Below are positions 12,618-25,500 of a stretch of 64,000 bases of DNA, one piece after another. Source of the stretch: Pavona decussata (Eukaryota); NCBI GenBank assembly GCA_977016875.1, contig CDRNST010000122.1, positions 868,001 to 932,000 on the forward strand. Reading direction: 5' to 3'. The notes under the pieces were generated by a model. That model was not told the DNA's origin. It was given only the letters and a program-made list of their open reading frames with translations, and did not search any database. The position numbers were made by a program, and so were the translations under genes. Within the stretch, counting starts at the first letter, position 1, and every line of letters starts with the position of its first letter.

Positions 12618-13350
12618 ACAAGATTAAAAGCCTGGAGGAAAGGAAGATTCAAGGGGTGGGGAGGGAGGAGAGGGGATTCAAGAGTGGGGAGTTTCATACA
12701 AGTGTCTAGCACTCTGCAAGCATGCAATTCTCTATAATTTATTGTAAATGGACAAAACATTTTGTGCTTGAACTGAAAACTGTTCCATGTATCATTAATG
12801 CGAAGTTTGCATGAAAAAATCACCCCAAAAAAGTTGAGCAACACTTAGAAGGGACTCAGATGAAGAAGATGAAATGATTTTACCCTATGACAGCGGTACA
12901 TATATGAGAACTGATAATTTTGTGAGTTCATAATATACTTGTAAAAGATAAATAAAAAAATGAAAGTGAATTTTAACTGATCATTGCTCTCTATGTGCTA
13001 AACATCTTATACATGTTTATATTGCGGCAAACAGGGTGGGCGTCCATCTTGTTGTAAAGAAAGGTTTGACATAATTTACAGTAAATCTGGACCCCAACCT
13101 TTTCTGGACTTCAGTCCCCACACTTATAGAAAGCTTTGGATCCCTCCCCCCCCCCCCCTACTGCGCAGAGTTCATACATCAATAGTGCTGATACCAAGGT
13201 ATTTTTTTTTTAATAACAAGACAATGAATTTTTTAGGAATAACACTTTACTGCCTTCTACTATGAAAATACAAAACAGATGATATGTACATAAGGCCAAG
13301 GGTATTGGCTATGTTTGTGGTATACACCATTTTTGTTCTTTTCTTTGCTT

Positions 13351-16300
13351 CTATCTTCGGCTTGTTTTTTGCGTGCTGATATATAACACTGCAGAAGAAA
13401 TATAATCAAAGTGGCTTATTAGGACAGTAAATAAAAACAATAGCAAGAATGAAAGATAAATATATTAGTTAGTGCATGACCAAACAAAATAATCAATAAT
13501 AATTATTATTACTGCAGCATAGTAGTGAACAAGCTGACATTTTTAGGAAACACTTAAATTATGATGGCATCATTTTACTACAACATCTAGAATTGATTAA
13601 GTTTTGGCTTCCTCATTTACATAGGGCCAAATTTGTTAAAATTGCAAGTTAATATTACAATGCTTAAATAAAATCAAAGGCTTCGGTGAGGCACCTCATG
13701 GATGAATATGTAGTAGAGAAGAGGTGACTACGAAATTGCATATTGCATTTTACCATGAATATGAATCAGTGAAATGAGCTCATTTCACTGCTGAAGAAAA
13801 GACAGTAGTCCTTAAACATCTGAACTTTTTACAACATAATCTCAGCACCTGATGCAAACTACTGCTTCTTCAAAATTAAATTTAGCACTACACAGTCTCA
13901 ACCAAACTTCAATACTTACCGTTGTTTCCTCGTAAGAAAGCATCTCCATATTTATTTTTTAGCTAAAAAATAAATAAATAAAATACTTCAGTGGGGAAAA
14001 TATTGCAATGAAATAGATAGTTCTTGGTTAATTTCATGTTATCTTTTATAAATAGTATGTTAAGAAATGAGAGACCACAGTTTTGCACCCAACCATTGGC
14101 AAAAAGAAAGCCTGGGTGAAGAGATTTGAATCCAGAATCTTTTTATGGTGGGCTAATTTACCTTTAATTATCAACTCTGTTGATAAACCAAACAATATTT
14201 TGTTCCTGTCATAAGTGACTACTTCTCTGAAGCTCAGCTACTTGTCCATGCCGTGTACCAAATTCCTTTGCTTGAGTCAAGTCATTAGACCTGAGACCAT
14301 TACGTTCTAGAGATAAATCCCTTTGCAAACATCTTGTTGGTCAATTGCTGAAATTTTTCTGCTTTCTTATAATTTCAGGGAACTTGGTACCTTCAGATAC
14401 TTTCAAGTTACAGTAGAACCCCGGTAACTCGAACTCCCTGCTAACTTGAACTAAGTCCCGTTTCCCTTGTAGTTGACCCTACTTTTCAGTCACTTTTACT
14501 CAGATAACTCAAACTCGGATAACTCGAATTCCTCGCTAACTCAAACTAAATTTTGTTTCCCTTGATCGAAATTTACCCCGATAACTCAAATTCTTGTTCT
14601 TGCACCTCACCACTGATATTATCCCATTAACTCCTCCTGTCATGTTATCATTGACACTTCTAAAGTAATTTTATTTTAATCAGTGCAACAGATCACGCAT
14701 TTGATAGTCATTTCCGATCTTTTTAGTCAAACCGCATGCACTGCCTGTTAAGCTGTCACATAGAAAACAAAAAGTTCATAGTACAAGTTTATAATGTTCA
14801 CATCTCAAGGCATTCCAATTCTTTCTTTAAAATGTTGACAAAGTATTTTTTGACCCGAAAGCCTCAGCTAACATGGGACTTACAGTTCTGATGAGAGTAA
14901 GTTTAATTCGTCCTGGGTTGTATACTGAAGTGCTGATAATCAAAAAACTATTAACTTATTTACATGAAAAGTCGAATTTTCGATCTACCCCGATAACTTG
15001 AACCCCCGCTAACTCGAACAGCTTTTTCGTCACCCTTCAGAGTTCGAGTTACCGGGATTCTACTGTATTATCATGCTTGCTTCTGAGTCACATTTCATCC
15101 TCTCACCTGGCCATTTGCATATTCCTCTGTTTGTTCAAGAGCAATATTCATGTAACCATCAAGGCAGGCAAGTACCCCTGATAAGGCAAGGTAAGACCAT
15201 GTATGATGTAAAACTTTGTACAGTAAGTAAGTAAGGCTCCACAGGGGGACACAGTTTAAAGCTGAGCTGTGTTACCGCTAAATACCTTTGTACATTGTGT
15301 GGTTCCAGAAAATATCCATACCCCCACCACGGAGGGAATTCCACATAGGACCCCCCCACCCCCCCGGATTTTCCATTTTCAAGGTATTTTCTTAACCCCC
15401 CCCCCCCCACCCCTTCGGAAATTCCTCAAATACAGAATACACCCCCACCCCCCTCTGGAAAAGTTTTATTTCAAAAGAACACCTCAAAAATCAGTTTGAT
15501 GTGAACATTTCAGAAATATCAAGATCTGCCTACACGAGGAGAAAATATGCGTTATCGAAGAGCGCGCGCGCTGTTCAATTTCACCGGTAGAGTTTGCCAA
15601 AAAGCTCTTGATACTGAAATAATTGTTGTGTTTCATATTTACCTGTGGTCATTGACATCAAACTTTACCATTAGCTTCACTGAAGATTTTAAATCTAAAT
15701 TGTTGGAATAAGTCCGGCAATGCAAAAATGTGTTTTTCATTCAATTTGCATACGTCATGTTTACGTTCCTATGCAAATTTTAGGAGATCAAAAAGATTAT
15801 CGCTTTAGTTCTACTCAATTGATGATTTTTCTCCTGGTAATCATTCAGTCTAGTTATTTTAGTCAATAGTTTTCCTATTGAATCGGAATAGCATGGACAA
15901 AATAAGCATTAGCATGCATGCAGGGCAGGGAGACAAATAGAGATTTCAGATCGTAACTTGAAACCGCAGACGAAATGGAGCCGCAAAACGAAATTAGCAT
16001 GTTCACGTTCTTATGCAAATTTTGTATGGGATCAATAACGCATTAAAAGAATGTTGAATTGGCTCTATTTTGTTGAATTTTGGCATAGAAATTAAGTTAA
16101 TAGTTTTGGACTTTAAGTTGAAATACTTTGGACAAAATAAGTTTTAACACGGGTCAGTTTTGACAAACCATAATTGACCCCGGGAATTGACCTTTGCCCG
16201 TAACTCTACACAGCATACAAAAATAACAAACAAATATTTCAATGTTTTATGTAAAATTGTGGCTTTCACTTTATAGCCCTACAAAATTTTCCCTTTTAAA

Positions 16301-17225
16301 CATTGATACAAATTCAATTGTTGCCAGTAAACAATATTTTCTACGCAAGAAAGTTTCACAAACAACAGTTTTATAATAACTGAGTCACGCAATGCAGACA
16401 TTCATTTCTTGTCTCAGTTGGAGTACTTCGCTTACAAAGGCTTTTCGGAGAAGAGAAACATGTTTTTAATGTAACAAGCAAGGGTTTCTTTAAAACAGTT
16501 AAACAAAGTAATGTCTTCAAGAAAGATCTACGAAGTTGCAAAGTTGGTAAGTTACAATTTTGAACATTTATGTCTGACATGAACGTGAAGTTGACCCTCT
16601 GGAAACTTATCCAACCATTCACCCCTCCCCCCCTCTGGAATTTCCTGGGCCATTGACCCCCCCACCCCTCTGGAATTTCCAATTCCCTCCGTGGTGGGGG
16701 TATGGATATTTTCTGGAACCACACATTATAAATTTGTCCTGGTTAAAATAAATTACATAAGGCATTGCTGTCATGCTATTTTAAGGCTGTGTGTACATTG
16801 TATCAGTTCAAACCGTGCAAATATCTGAACTGTAACAGTGCAAAACTGGGAAAGATCTACTGTATACCTTAAACAAAATTTGCAGTTTCATGATCAACTT
16901 TCGTTTACCGTAAAATTACGTACTTGCTCGGACATGTACACTATTTTCAGCACTGGGTGGCTTGAATATCAATATGTATTGATAATTCAACCTTCAAACT
17001 ACTAGAAGCTTTAATAAAAAGAGGTAGCGGATTGAGCCTCGGTCGGAAGCACAGAAATTAGGCAAGGCAATGCGACAGTCTTGAACAACGTAACATGACT
17101 TATTCAAGTGTACAGAAACATAAAGCTTCCTTACCTCGATAATCGACGCCATTGTTAAGCTTTACCACGACCGGACGGCCTATGATTTGCTTCAAAAAGT
17201 CACTTGGTGTTTGTTTTTTGCTCAT
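13351..17225 (-). CDS. LSM6: U6 snRNA-associated Sm-like protein LSm6, 4 exons, 80 aa
   Basis: Exons 17135-17225, 15107-15177, 13920-13962 and 13351-13388 (243 nt, all GT-AG) give MSKKQTPSDFLKQIIGRPVVVKLNNGVDYRGVLACLDGYMNIALEQTEEYANGQLKNKYGDAFLRGNNVLYISTQKTSRR, nearly identical to recalled human LSm6. The ORF track misses it because the exons are short. Confidence 0.97.
14411..15065. mobile_element. Tc1/mariner(pogo)-type MITE in LSM6 intron 2
   Basis: TIRs cagtagaaccccggtaactcgaactc and gagttcgagttaccgggattctactg with a TA TSD. Subterminal taactcgaa repeats. Confidence 0.85.
15297..16724. mobile_element. Non-autonomous DNA transposon with 3-bp ATT TSD (PIF/Harbinger-related, Pangu-like by inference) in LSM6 intron 1
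   Basis: Perfect ~44-bp TIR gtgtggttccagaaaatatccatacccccaccacggagggaatt, flanked by ATT on both sides (15294-15296, 16725-16727). Confidence 0.85.
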
Positions 17226-17387
17226 TATAAATATTTCGGCGGAAGAACGTGGAACCCACACTCACAACGTTCCTTTCAATATGGCGCCCTCTTCTTAGCT
17301 TGACCCAGTACTCGCGCGTATGTTATTGTGCGCAAAAACTGGTAACGAATTCAGAAAAGGCGGAAATTGGGGAAAAGGCACACGAAC

Positions 17388-17419
<32 letters not shown>

Positions 17420-17492
17420 CCAACTTTTTCTAAATAATACATTAAATGTAAACTTGTAAATTTCAAAAATGCCATCGAGGGGGGAGTAGGGT

Positions 17493-17730
17493 AGGGATGG
17501 CGTAGACGCGCAGTGGTGAGAGCACTCGCCTCCCCACCATTGTGATGTGGGTTGAGTTTGTTGTTGCTTCTTGTTCTTGTTCCGAGAGGTTTTTCTCCGG
17601 GTACTCCGGTTTTCCTCTCTCCTCAAGAACCAAAAACTTCTAAATGCCATTTCATGATCTGGAAAGTGTCCCCAGTTAGTGCTCTGCGCTAAATACATTG
17701 ACACTTGAATAAACTGATTTATTCATTCAT
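17493..17730 (+). mobile_element. tRNA-derived SINE, same family as 4260-4490
   Basis: gcgcagtggtgagagcactcgcctcc...tgagtttgttgttg...ttttctccgggtactccggtttt, with an attc-rich tail. Confidence 0.8.
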
Positions 17731-19289
17731 TTTGATCTTATCGATCTGCCAAACCTTTATTTCATTACCATAATTTTTCTCTAAGAACGCACCAACCGAA
17801 ATTCGAGTTGTACTAAAATGCGAGCCATGCGAGTTACAGTGCGAGTCATATCAATGCTAAAAGTTCAAAGTTTTTTTTCGCACTAATTGTTCTCTTCCGC
17901 TTGTCCAACCCTGAAATCTTCATTCCAAAGATGGCCCAAAACTTGAATTAAAGAACAGAAAACACACTCGAATACTCTGTGAGGCTGCTCTGAGGTCCTG
18001 CTCGAGGATCACGCTCGGAGACCATATGCGCTTGACGATCGAAGAAGAAGGAAATGAAAAGGACTGAAAATAACAACACAGTGTCTCATATGGCGATCAA
18101 AGGTCAGGAATCCGGCCACAAAATGCGCATACTAATCTGAAAGGTGAGGAACAAAAAGAAATTATTTTTAGAAGGCAATTACAACTGATACGAGTTGTTC
18201 TAAGCCATTTAAAGCATTGGCGCTTTGCAATCCGGCGATGGCAAGAAAAAAAATTAACCCTTCCGGTGATGACCTGACAAAGGATAGGTATTTTAGCTTT
18301 CTTTTTCCTTTTAACATAAGTATAAAAAAAAAAATAACAAACAAAAGAGGGTTTTCTACAGAAAAAAAATGAAGAAGGGATGATAACAAACCATCTTCTT
18401 AATAATATTTTTAGTTAGCACAATCGCGAGTTTTACTTACGTTGTACTGCGCTGCTCAGGAAAGTGTTTTCGTTGTCTCCCCCCAGTGAGCTGTGGATTG
18501 TGGAAATGTTCAGTTGTGTTTACACTGCAGTTCATTTAATGATGTTTTTGTAATCGAAAGGTCGCACAACCGATTAATTCATCTGTTCCCTGCCATTAAA
18601 CACCTGACTAAATGACAGCATGTAACGTTTCTTTTGCAGAGTAACTTTAATTCTCATGGCATGACCTCCGAACTATTGTATTGAGACGTAACTATAAAAG
18701 ATTACAACTGATTATAAATTAAAATATAAATGCTGGCCGTCCTTACATATATTTTATGGTTCAGAGCTTTACTATTACTTTTAAAAACCTACTGCTTGCG
18801 GCTTGTGTACTCTTTTGCTCACCTCTGTTTGACAGTCAACATCCGGCCGAAACATCCCAGGCAATATATGATTTAGGTCCCTAAAACCGTATTTTGAAAA
18901 CAAGCGGCGAAGTAAAGCTTCGTCTGTTGTGTGCTTAGCCACGAACCAGTCCGCCAGCCCTTGGGGAGGCTGTATTAAATAAGGTAACATCACGCAAATT
19001 TGTCGTACAGGTATTCAAAGATTGGAGACTGAAGAGGAGGACCTCAGAAAGCTTCGCCTTTCAAAGCATGCCAGTTAAATTTAAATAGAAATTATCAATG
19101 ACTAGATGGAAACAACTAAAATTAACATAAAATGCCGGAAATTCTAGAATCCATTCCAGAACCGAATTCTAGAACCTAAGGGATGAGAGGTCATTCAATA
19201 TTGAGGAGAATCCGCGCTTAGCGTGACATATGTAACCACATAAATGTGTTTTGGATATTCAAAGTGACACGCTGCCAGAAAAGACGTGG

Positions 19290-19370
19290 TCTCATATTCG
19301 CAGCCGCTCGGGCCAGAGTCACGCAACGCTCCCAGTGGACGGGGGGCGTTGCGTGACTCCGGCCCGAAGG
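19290..19370. mobile_element. Short hairpin element
   Basis: tcgggccagagtcacgcaacgctccc pairs with gggggcgttgcgtgactccggcccga. It shares the gtcacgcaa core with the 1365-1459 hairpin. Confidence 0.65.
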
Positions 19371-20188
19371 AAACTTGAAAGACGTAAAGCTTCATAAATA
19401 TCTAGTTCAATTTGGTCTGAGTTTCGATTCTTTTAACACTTCTTTGTAAATTCAGTATGGCAAATCTGTAGTCATCAAGCAGGGTTTTCTTAAATTAAAT
19501 CCGGGCGAAATTAACAAACGTAAGTGTGATTCCTCGATGTCAGCAAGTACTTATCTTTCTCGGCAACAGAAATCACAGGCTTTTTTCAGTGTGGAACCTT
19601 TTCGGTAAAAAAAGAAATAAATTTGGCGTTCATGACGGTTCGTTTTAACCGTTTTAATTTCCAAGAGACGACGTTGCATCAAATAATTGCAGTTTTGTAC
19701 TGTACCGTTACGACAAAACCGACACTGAAAATCACACACTCCAAATAGAACATTGAAACATCTTCAGTCAGACTTGGACAAATTACACGGTTTTTTTTCT
19801 TTCTCACTGTGGTTACAGCGCGCCGCAAGTGCGCCCAAATTGTAGCCCTGTTCCAACCAGCCAACTTTCAGATACTGTATCTCTTCATGCTTAGGTACTT
19901 TGCCCATGTCGCCTGAGTTCAATTAGGTCTATAGTTGAGAGAGTCAAACTTCACATTTAAGACATTTTTAAAACCCTCTCTTAGACTCACGGTAAACATC
20001 GTTGAGCTGAGTTGTATGCCAATTAAAATAATTTCGAGTGAAAATGATTGAGATAAACCAGGGTTGTACCGAGCAACTACTTCACCAAAAATTGACTACA
20101 CACCAATTCTTGAAGTAAAGCACTAAAAGCAATTTATTCGTATATTTTTTTACTATACACATAAAATGGTAGCCTGCCACTGCTCCGT

Positions 20189-22529
20189 TCACGCATTCAA
20201 TACTTCAATCCTCTTCACCAGTCCCTCTCCAATTGTTTCAAAGTCTGCCAAGACTGCTGATACATTAGGAATGACGCAGCTTTCAACCTGTCTGGACTGA
20301 AATCAAAACGAATTATGAGACATTGGCCACGGTATGGTGGCTTGCGACAAACGCATCGAAACATATTGTACCATATGCTTGCACTTTAGAGCATTCTGTA
20401 TTTTGGATTCTAAAGCTATAAGCAAATTCACTGAGATTGATTGTTCAGTGTCGGGAGAGAGCGGCATAAACTTAAACGTTTTACGCTCACATTACATGTT
20501 AACCTGCGATCAGACGTTCTTTTTTCTTTTTCAGACGACTCTCGCGCTGCCACATTTTCGCGCTCCCCCGAAAAAAAAACAAAAAACATGTGCTTGACAG
20601 CTGCCGCCATAAAATAATTAAAAATCGCAACGAAATCTCCACAAATCGAAGTGAACCACCGCGAAAATCGCCGTTAGTTGACACACACGGTGCTTAAATC
20701 ACATTTCAAACTAACTTGTGAAAAGGGCCCTTAACACTTACCTTCTCGTTTGGCTGAGGATAAGTTAAAGGCATCTTGAACTGCGCGTGTAGGACCTGGT
20801 CGCCGTTGAAACAATAGCACAGGAATTAGAAAGTGGCATGACAATTGAAAGATGTAAAACAAAATGCTTGTTGTACCTTAAAATGCGCTGGTACGAAACT
20901 GTGGGGCTTCCATACAACACCAACAAAGTCTCCACCATATACATCATGAAAGAACAGGGCAATGTCAGAGAAGGCTTCCTGAAAAGGAAAAACACCAGAT
21001 TTAGAAAACTTAGAAATTTGATCTTAAAAGCACGTCTCATTAAGATTTACTCGACCTCTTTGCGTCACCTACTCCAAGGCCGTTTCATCAACCTCACTTT
21101 CCGGCTCCTCAAGAGCTCATCAATGAAGGCGCCCTGTTTCCAATCAAACCCAAGTTAAAACTGATCAACTAAAGTTCTGGTCACGGTCATTCAAAGCGCC
21201 GATAAATTAAACAGAAGATAAGTCGCCATCCTGAGGATACGGCGTTCTCAAACTAATGCATTTTATCCACTTGGTAGTGGTTTACCCACTGGATCCACTC
21301 CTTGAATAACTTGGGCCTATCATACCTTTAGTTCTTTAATGTACAAAGTCACGGGGTCGAAGTTCACCACTGGAAGTAAAACGGAGTGACGCGATAACGA
21401 GGCCGGTTCTGTCACGTGTTTAGCGCGATCAAGGGCCTGGGATCCACGAGGGAGAAAACGAGTGTGGAGGTGAATGATGACGTCACAGTGATCCAAAGGA
21501 GGACGGAAGATTTGCTGAGGAGGTAATTACAGGTATGTGAGCCAGCAGTATTAGCTTGGGATGTACCATCCTCTTTCGCGTTTTCTTACTAAGCTGAATA
21601 TTTTATGAACGAGTTCGGTTATGTAAAAAACTGAGGAACCATAACGAGTCGTTAGCGGATCCTTGATTCCCAGAAAATCTCCCTTCCCATATGCTGCGTG
21701 TACTTGTGAAATGAGGTATCATGAATGACAGATGTACGGGAAAGTAAAAAAACACAACTGAATCCAAAGGGTGCGCCACTAAGATACAATCAGTAAAAGC
21801 GCTCGTCTGGGGGTCTTAAATTAATTTTCTTTTGGAAAATGCTTCTCATTAAAATTTATAATAATTTTAAAATTTATAACGCCTAAGTCTCTATACAGAT
21901 ATAATCACTGGATTTCATACCAACGCTGTGATTCGCGCCATGTTTGCTGAGGTCGGTTTCCGCCAGTCACTTGGGTTTGGTATTTTTTCTTCCCCGATTT
22001 GGTTCGACTGTGGGCTTGTTTACACAAAAAAGACTCATGATCGAGGGTACAAGATCGCCAGGTTTTTAAAATGACAGAAACGCTTTAGGTATAAGCTGAA
22101 GTTGAAACTGCTTCTGAATTAGAACCTACCTTAAAATCAGTTGGCTGTAGAGCGCATGTTTCAATCTGACGTTCCAAGATCGAATGGGACTCTCTTGCCA
22201 GCAAGGAAAGTCTATTCAAAATCTGCGCAGAGATCAAACGGATTCTCAATCAATTACTTCATTCTGTATAAACTGTACCCATAATGGCTACTCTACATTT
22301 CCAACATAGGAAGTACTTATTTGTCGCGGAACACTTTAATCAGATCAAGGAAAGCCTGCATTAGACCAAAATTAGTCGTATTCTGGGACGTCGCCAAACA
22401 CACAATCATCTTTCAAATTCAATTTCAAATTCAAATTTATACGCCTTCAAAAGGCTCTTATAATTTCTTTTTTCTTTTTTTCCGTAGTTTACAGTTTACA
22501 GGTACGCTAAGCGTACTGACCACATTAAG

Positions 22530-22583
<54 letters not shown>

Positions 22584-25500
22584 CTAGAATGCCTCCCCAG
22601 CCCAACGCTACAAATTTCGTTAACGGCTTCAAACTACTTTAATGATAAGGGAGTTAGCCAGTTTCTAAAGAAACGGTGGTGCTGCGTCAGTGGGGAGTAG
22701 AAACGAATGTTTGGTTTATCAACAGAGTTGATAACTCAAGGTAAATTGGCCACCGTAAAGAGATTCAGGTGCTGACGTTTCAATTGTTAGCCCTTCGTCA
22801 GAGTGAATGCTAAACACTAAATGGTAATAGCTTTTGTCGTTTACAACTATTTCAAGGGCTAATTCATATTGAGTTGAGGCTCTCACATTATAAGAAAACT
22901 GCAAAGATGGCCTACTGAAACAAATAACAGTCTCCTAATTAACAAACAGACCTGCTTGGACGGTTTATCCTTGGTCCACAGGGAATTAAACTTGTCTTTA
23001 GGAGTAGCAATAAATATAGGTGGGAGTTGCGCTCTGTTATTTGAAAACTTGGAAGTTATTTCTTGGTAGTCCTCCGCTAGGAAAAGAGAACAAAATTAGC
23101 CTGAATGTCAAGAACAAAATCCTCTTTAACCGTTCAACTAAATCTTATCTCCAAATCTTGCATGGCCACATTTCACCCAGTAACTGCAGGAGCGACGCAT
23201 GTTTACAACATTCTTCCCTCGCGCGGCGAAGTCAGCGAATGACACTTGTCGGTCTCGTCCCAGACTTCGCTTGAGCAGCAAGGTAAAACGGACCTTCTAC
23301 GGATTAGGCCGGTCCCACACGAATTAAACAAAACTCCATGATACAGGAGAATTACTCACCAGAAATGTCGTTGTTAAAGTTTAGAATGATAGGAGTTGTT
23401 TGCCAATCAGTGGAGGAAAGAAGATGAAGAAATCGGAGAAAACCAACGAGGGGTGACCTGGAAAAAAAAGGGTGGTACTTCAGTATTAGCTGCCATTGGG
23501 CATTTTATAGACAGAAGCACAGTTGGTAGATTTAAATCCCGCTGAAGAATTCCTTTATGATCGTATTTAATCAGCTGGCCCGGGTTGTTCGTAAGCCGAT
23601 TAACGCTAATCCCCGATTAAAAATTAACCGAGGTTTACATCTCGCTCCTTAAAAATGCTTTGAAAGGTTAATTTTAAGCTAATGGTAAAGAAAGGTCTGA
23701 GTCAAAACTGAGGGACAAAAATCTTTTGGAAGCATCCTTATTGATTAGTAATTAAACTACTATCAAAGTTAACGTTAACCCAGGGTTAGCTTAATTGGGC
23801 TTTGAACAACTCGGCCCTGAGGATCATTTCATTTACAGTATCTACGCTATAATCCTCAGTACACACTTGATTTCATTCAAATATTCACTGCTGCAGAGTG
23901 CTCAACAACAGGCGAATGCCATTCATTACCTCGGAGGAGTGAGGGGGGCTGGGGAGAGAAACAGGGAAGCCACCAGCAACTCCACGCACTCTTCAGTCAC
24001 GTGATCACACAGCAGTTGAGCAGATATCCATCTCTTAGACAATCGGACAGTTCCGCTAAATCCACTAAACTGCTGTTGAATACTGAAACAAACAAGAGAA
24101 AAAGACCCCCGACTAAGCATTCGTTGTGCCGCTAGCTTGACTAATAGTATTCACTTTAAAAAGTCCTGCTTTCCAAGAAATGTATGGTCTCACATACAAG
24201 TCTACGTTATGTTCACTTTACTGTGTCTCCGGTTGACTATAATACGCCTCTGTGTTTAAGAGGGATTTGAATCGGCTCTCAGGGCAAAGCAACTGTTTGC
24301 TTGGTATTAAAGCTCTAAAACTGGATTTTAAAACTTTACCTGCGACATATCAGTGTGTATTCTTTAAGAACTAAATAGAAGCGAGACCAAAAATAATCGC
24401 CATTTTGCCTATTTAATAAATAATTATTAATAAACAATTTTTTCAAAGCCTCCAATCCGAAAGCAAACACGATGACTGAGGCGAGATGGGAAAACATCCA
24501 CGTGTACCTGAACTGCTCTCAAGTTAATCTGAAACGCGGGAAAACATATATCCGTTGTCAAGGGTATGTCAAGGGCGGGAAAACATGCACCCGGCGGAAC
24601 AAACTTGCAACCACTGCCAAGCGCGGGAAAAACATGCACCTGCTGCCAAGCGCGGAACAAACTTGCAACCGCTGCCAGGCGCGGGAAAAATTTGCAACCG
24701 CTGCCAAACGCGGAAAAACCTTGCACCCTCTGCCAAGTGGGGGAAAAACATGCACGCCTGCCAAGCGCGGTAAAAACATGCACCCGCTGCCAAGCGCGGG
24801 AAAACCTTGCACCCGCTGCCAAGTGCGGGAAAAACATGCATCGTTTTAGTCATGTCCTGAGCTAGGAAGACGCGTAGGCGGTGCCAAGCGCGGGAAAAAT
24901 ACGGAACTGGTACCAACGGTACCAAGCGGTTTAAAAAGCGCAGAAGACAAGCGCAGGAAAATGTGGACAAACACTAATTAACGATAGTTTTGCATGGTTG
25001 CATGCGTCGTCGCATGCATTTCTTTTGCTTACCCATGGAGTGTACTTGTCAAGAGTGGTAGGTGTACTATTTCCCTTTCTAATTCTTTAGCTCCTTTCTC
25101 GTCGTCTGCTTTGAGTTCTTTAGTGAGTTCAGTCTTTTGGAGTAGCACCATTTCTCGGTAATGCAGGATCTTGATTCTGAATACAAAGCCATCCTAGAAA
25201 ATAAGTCAGAAGAAACTGCAAGCGTTACAATTTGCCATCAGCCGGCAAAACTGTAGAAGTGAATTAAACAACGTCGAGTTTTCGGCCGGCAAAGCGGCAA
25301 CAAAAGCGAAAATTTTCAAGTTCTCGGTTCATATTTACTGAATGGCTAGAAAAAGCTCTTCAGGTAAGCTCCATCATGCACATGAATGCAAACTGCGCGA
25401 ACAAACAATCTGCGCACTTCTGTTCGCACTCGGCAATAAAAGCTTCATGCATGCTACTAGCTCAATGGTTTTATAGAGATCCAACTGAGTTCGATTCCAA

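Noticed and set aside
17135-17152. Apparent start ATGGCG (MASIIE) before a splice donor
   Set aside because: It is an out-of-frame reading within LSM6 exon 1. The true ATG is at 17225.
24427-24970. Six overlapping ORFs of 72-136 aa
   Set aside because: They are products of a stop-poor GC-rich minisatellite inside a NOL6 intron.
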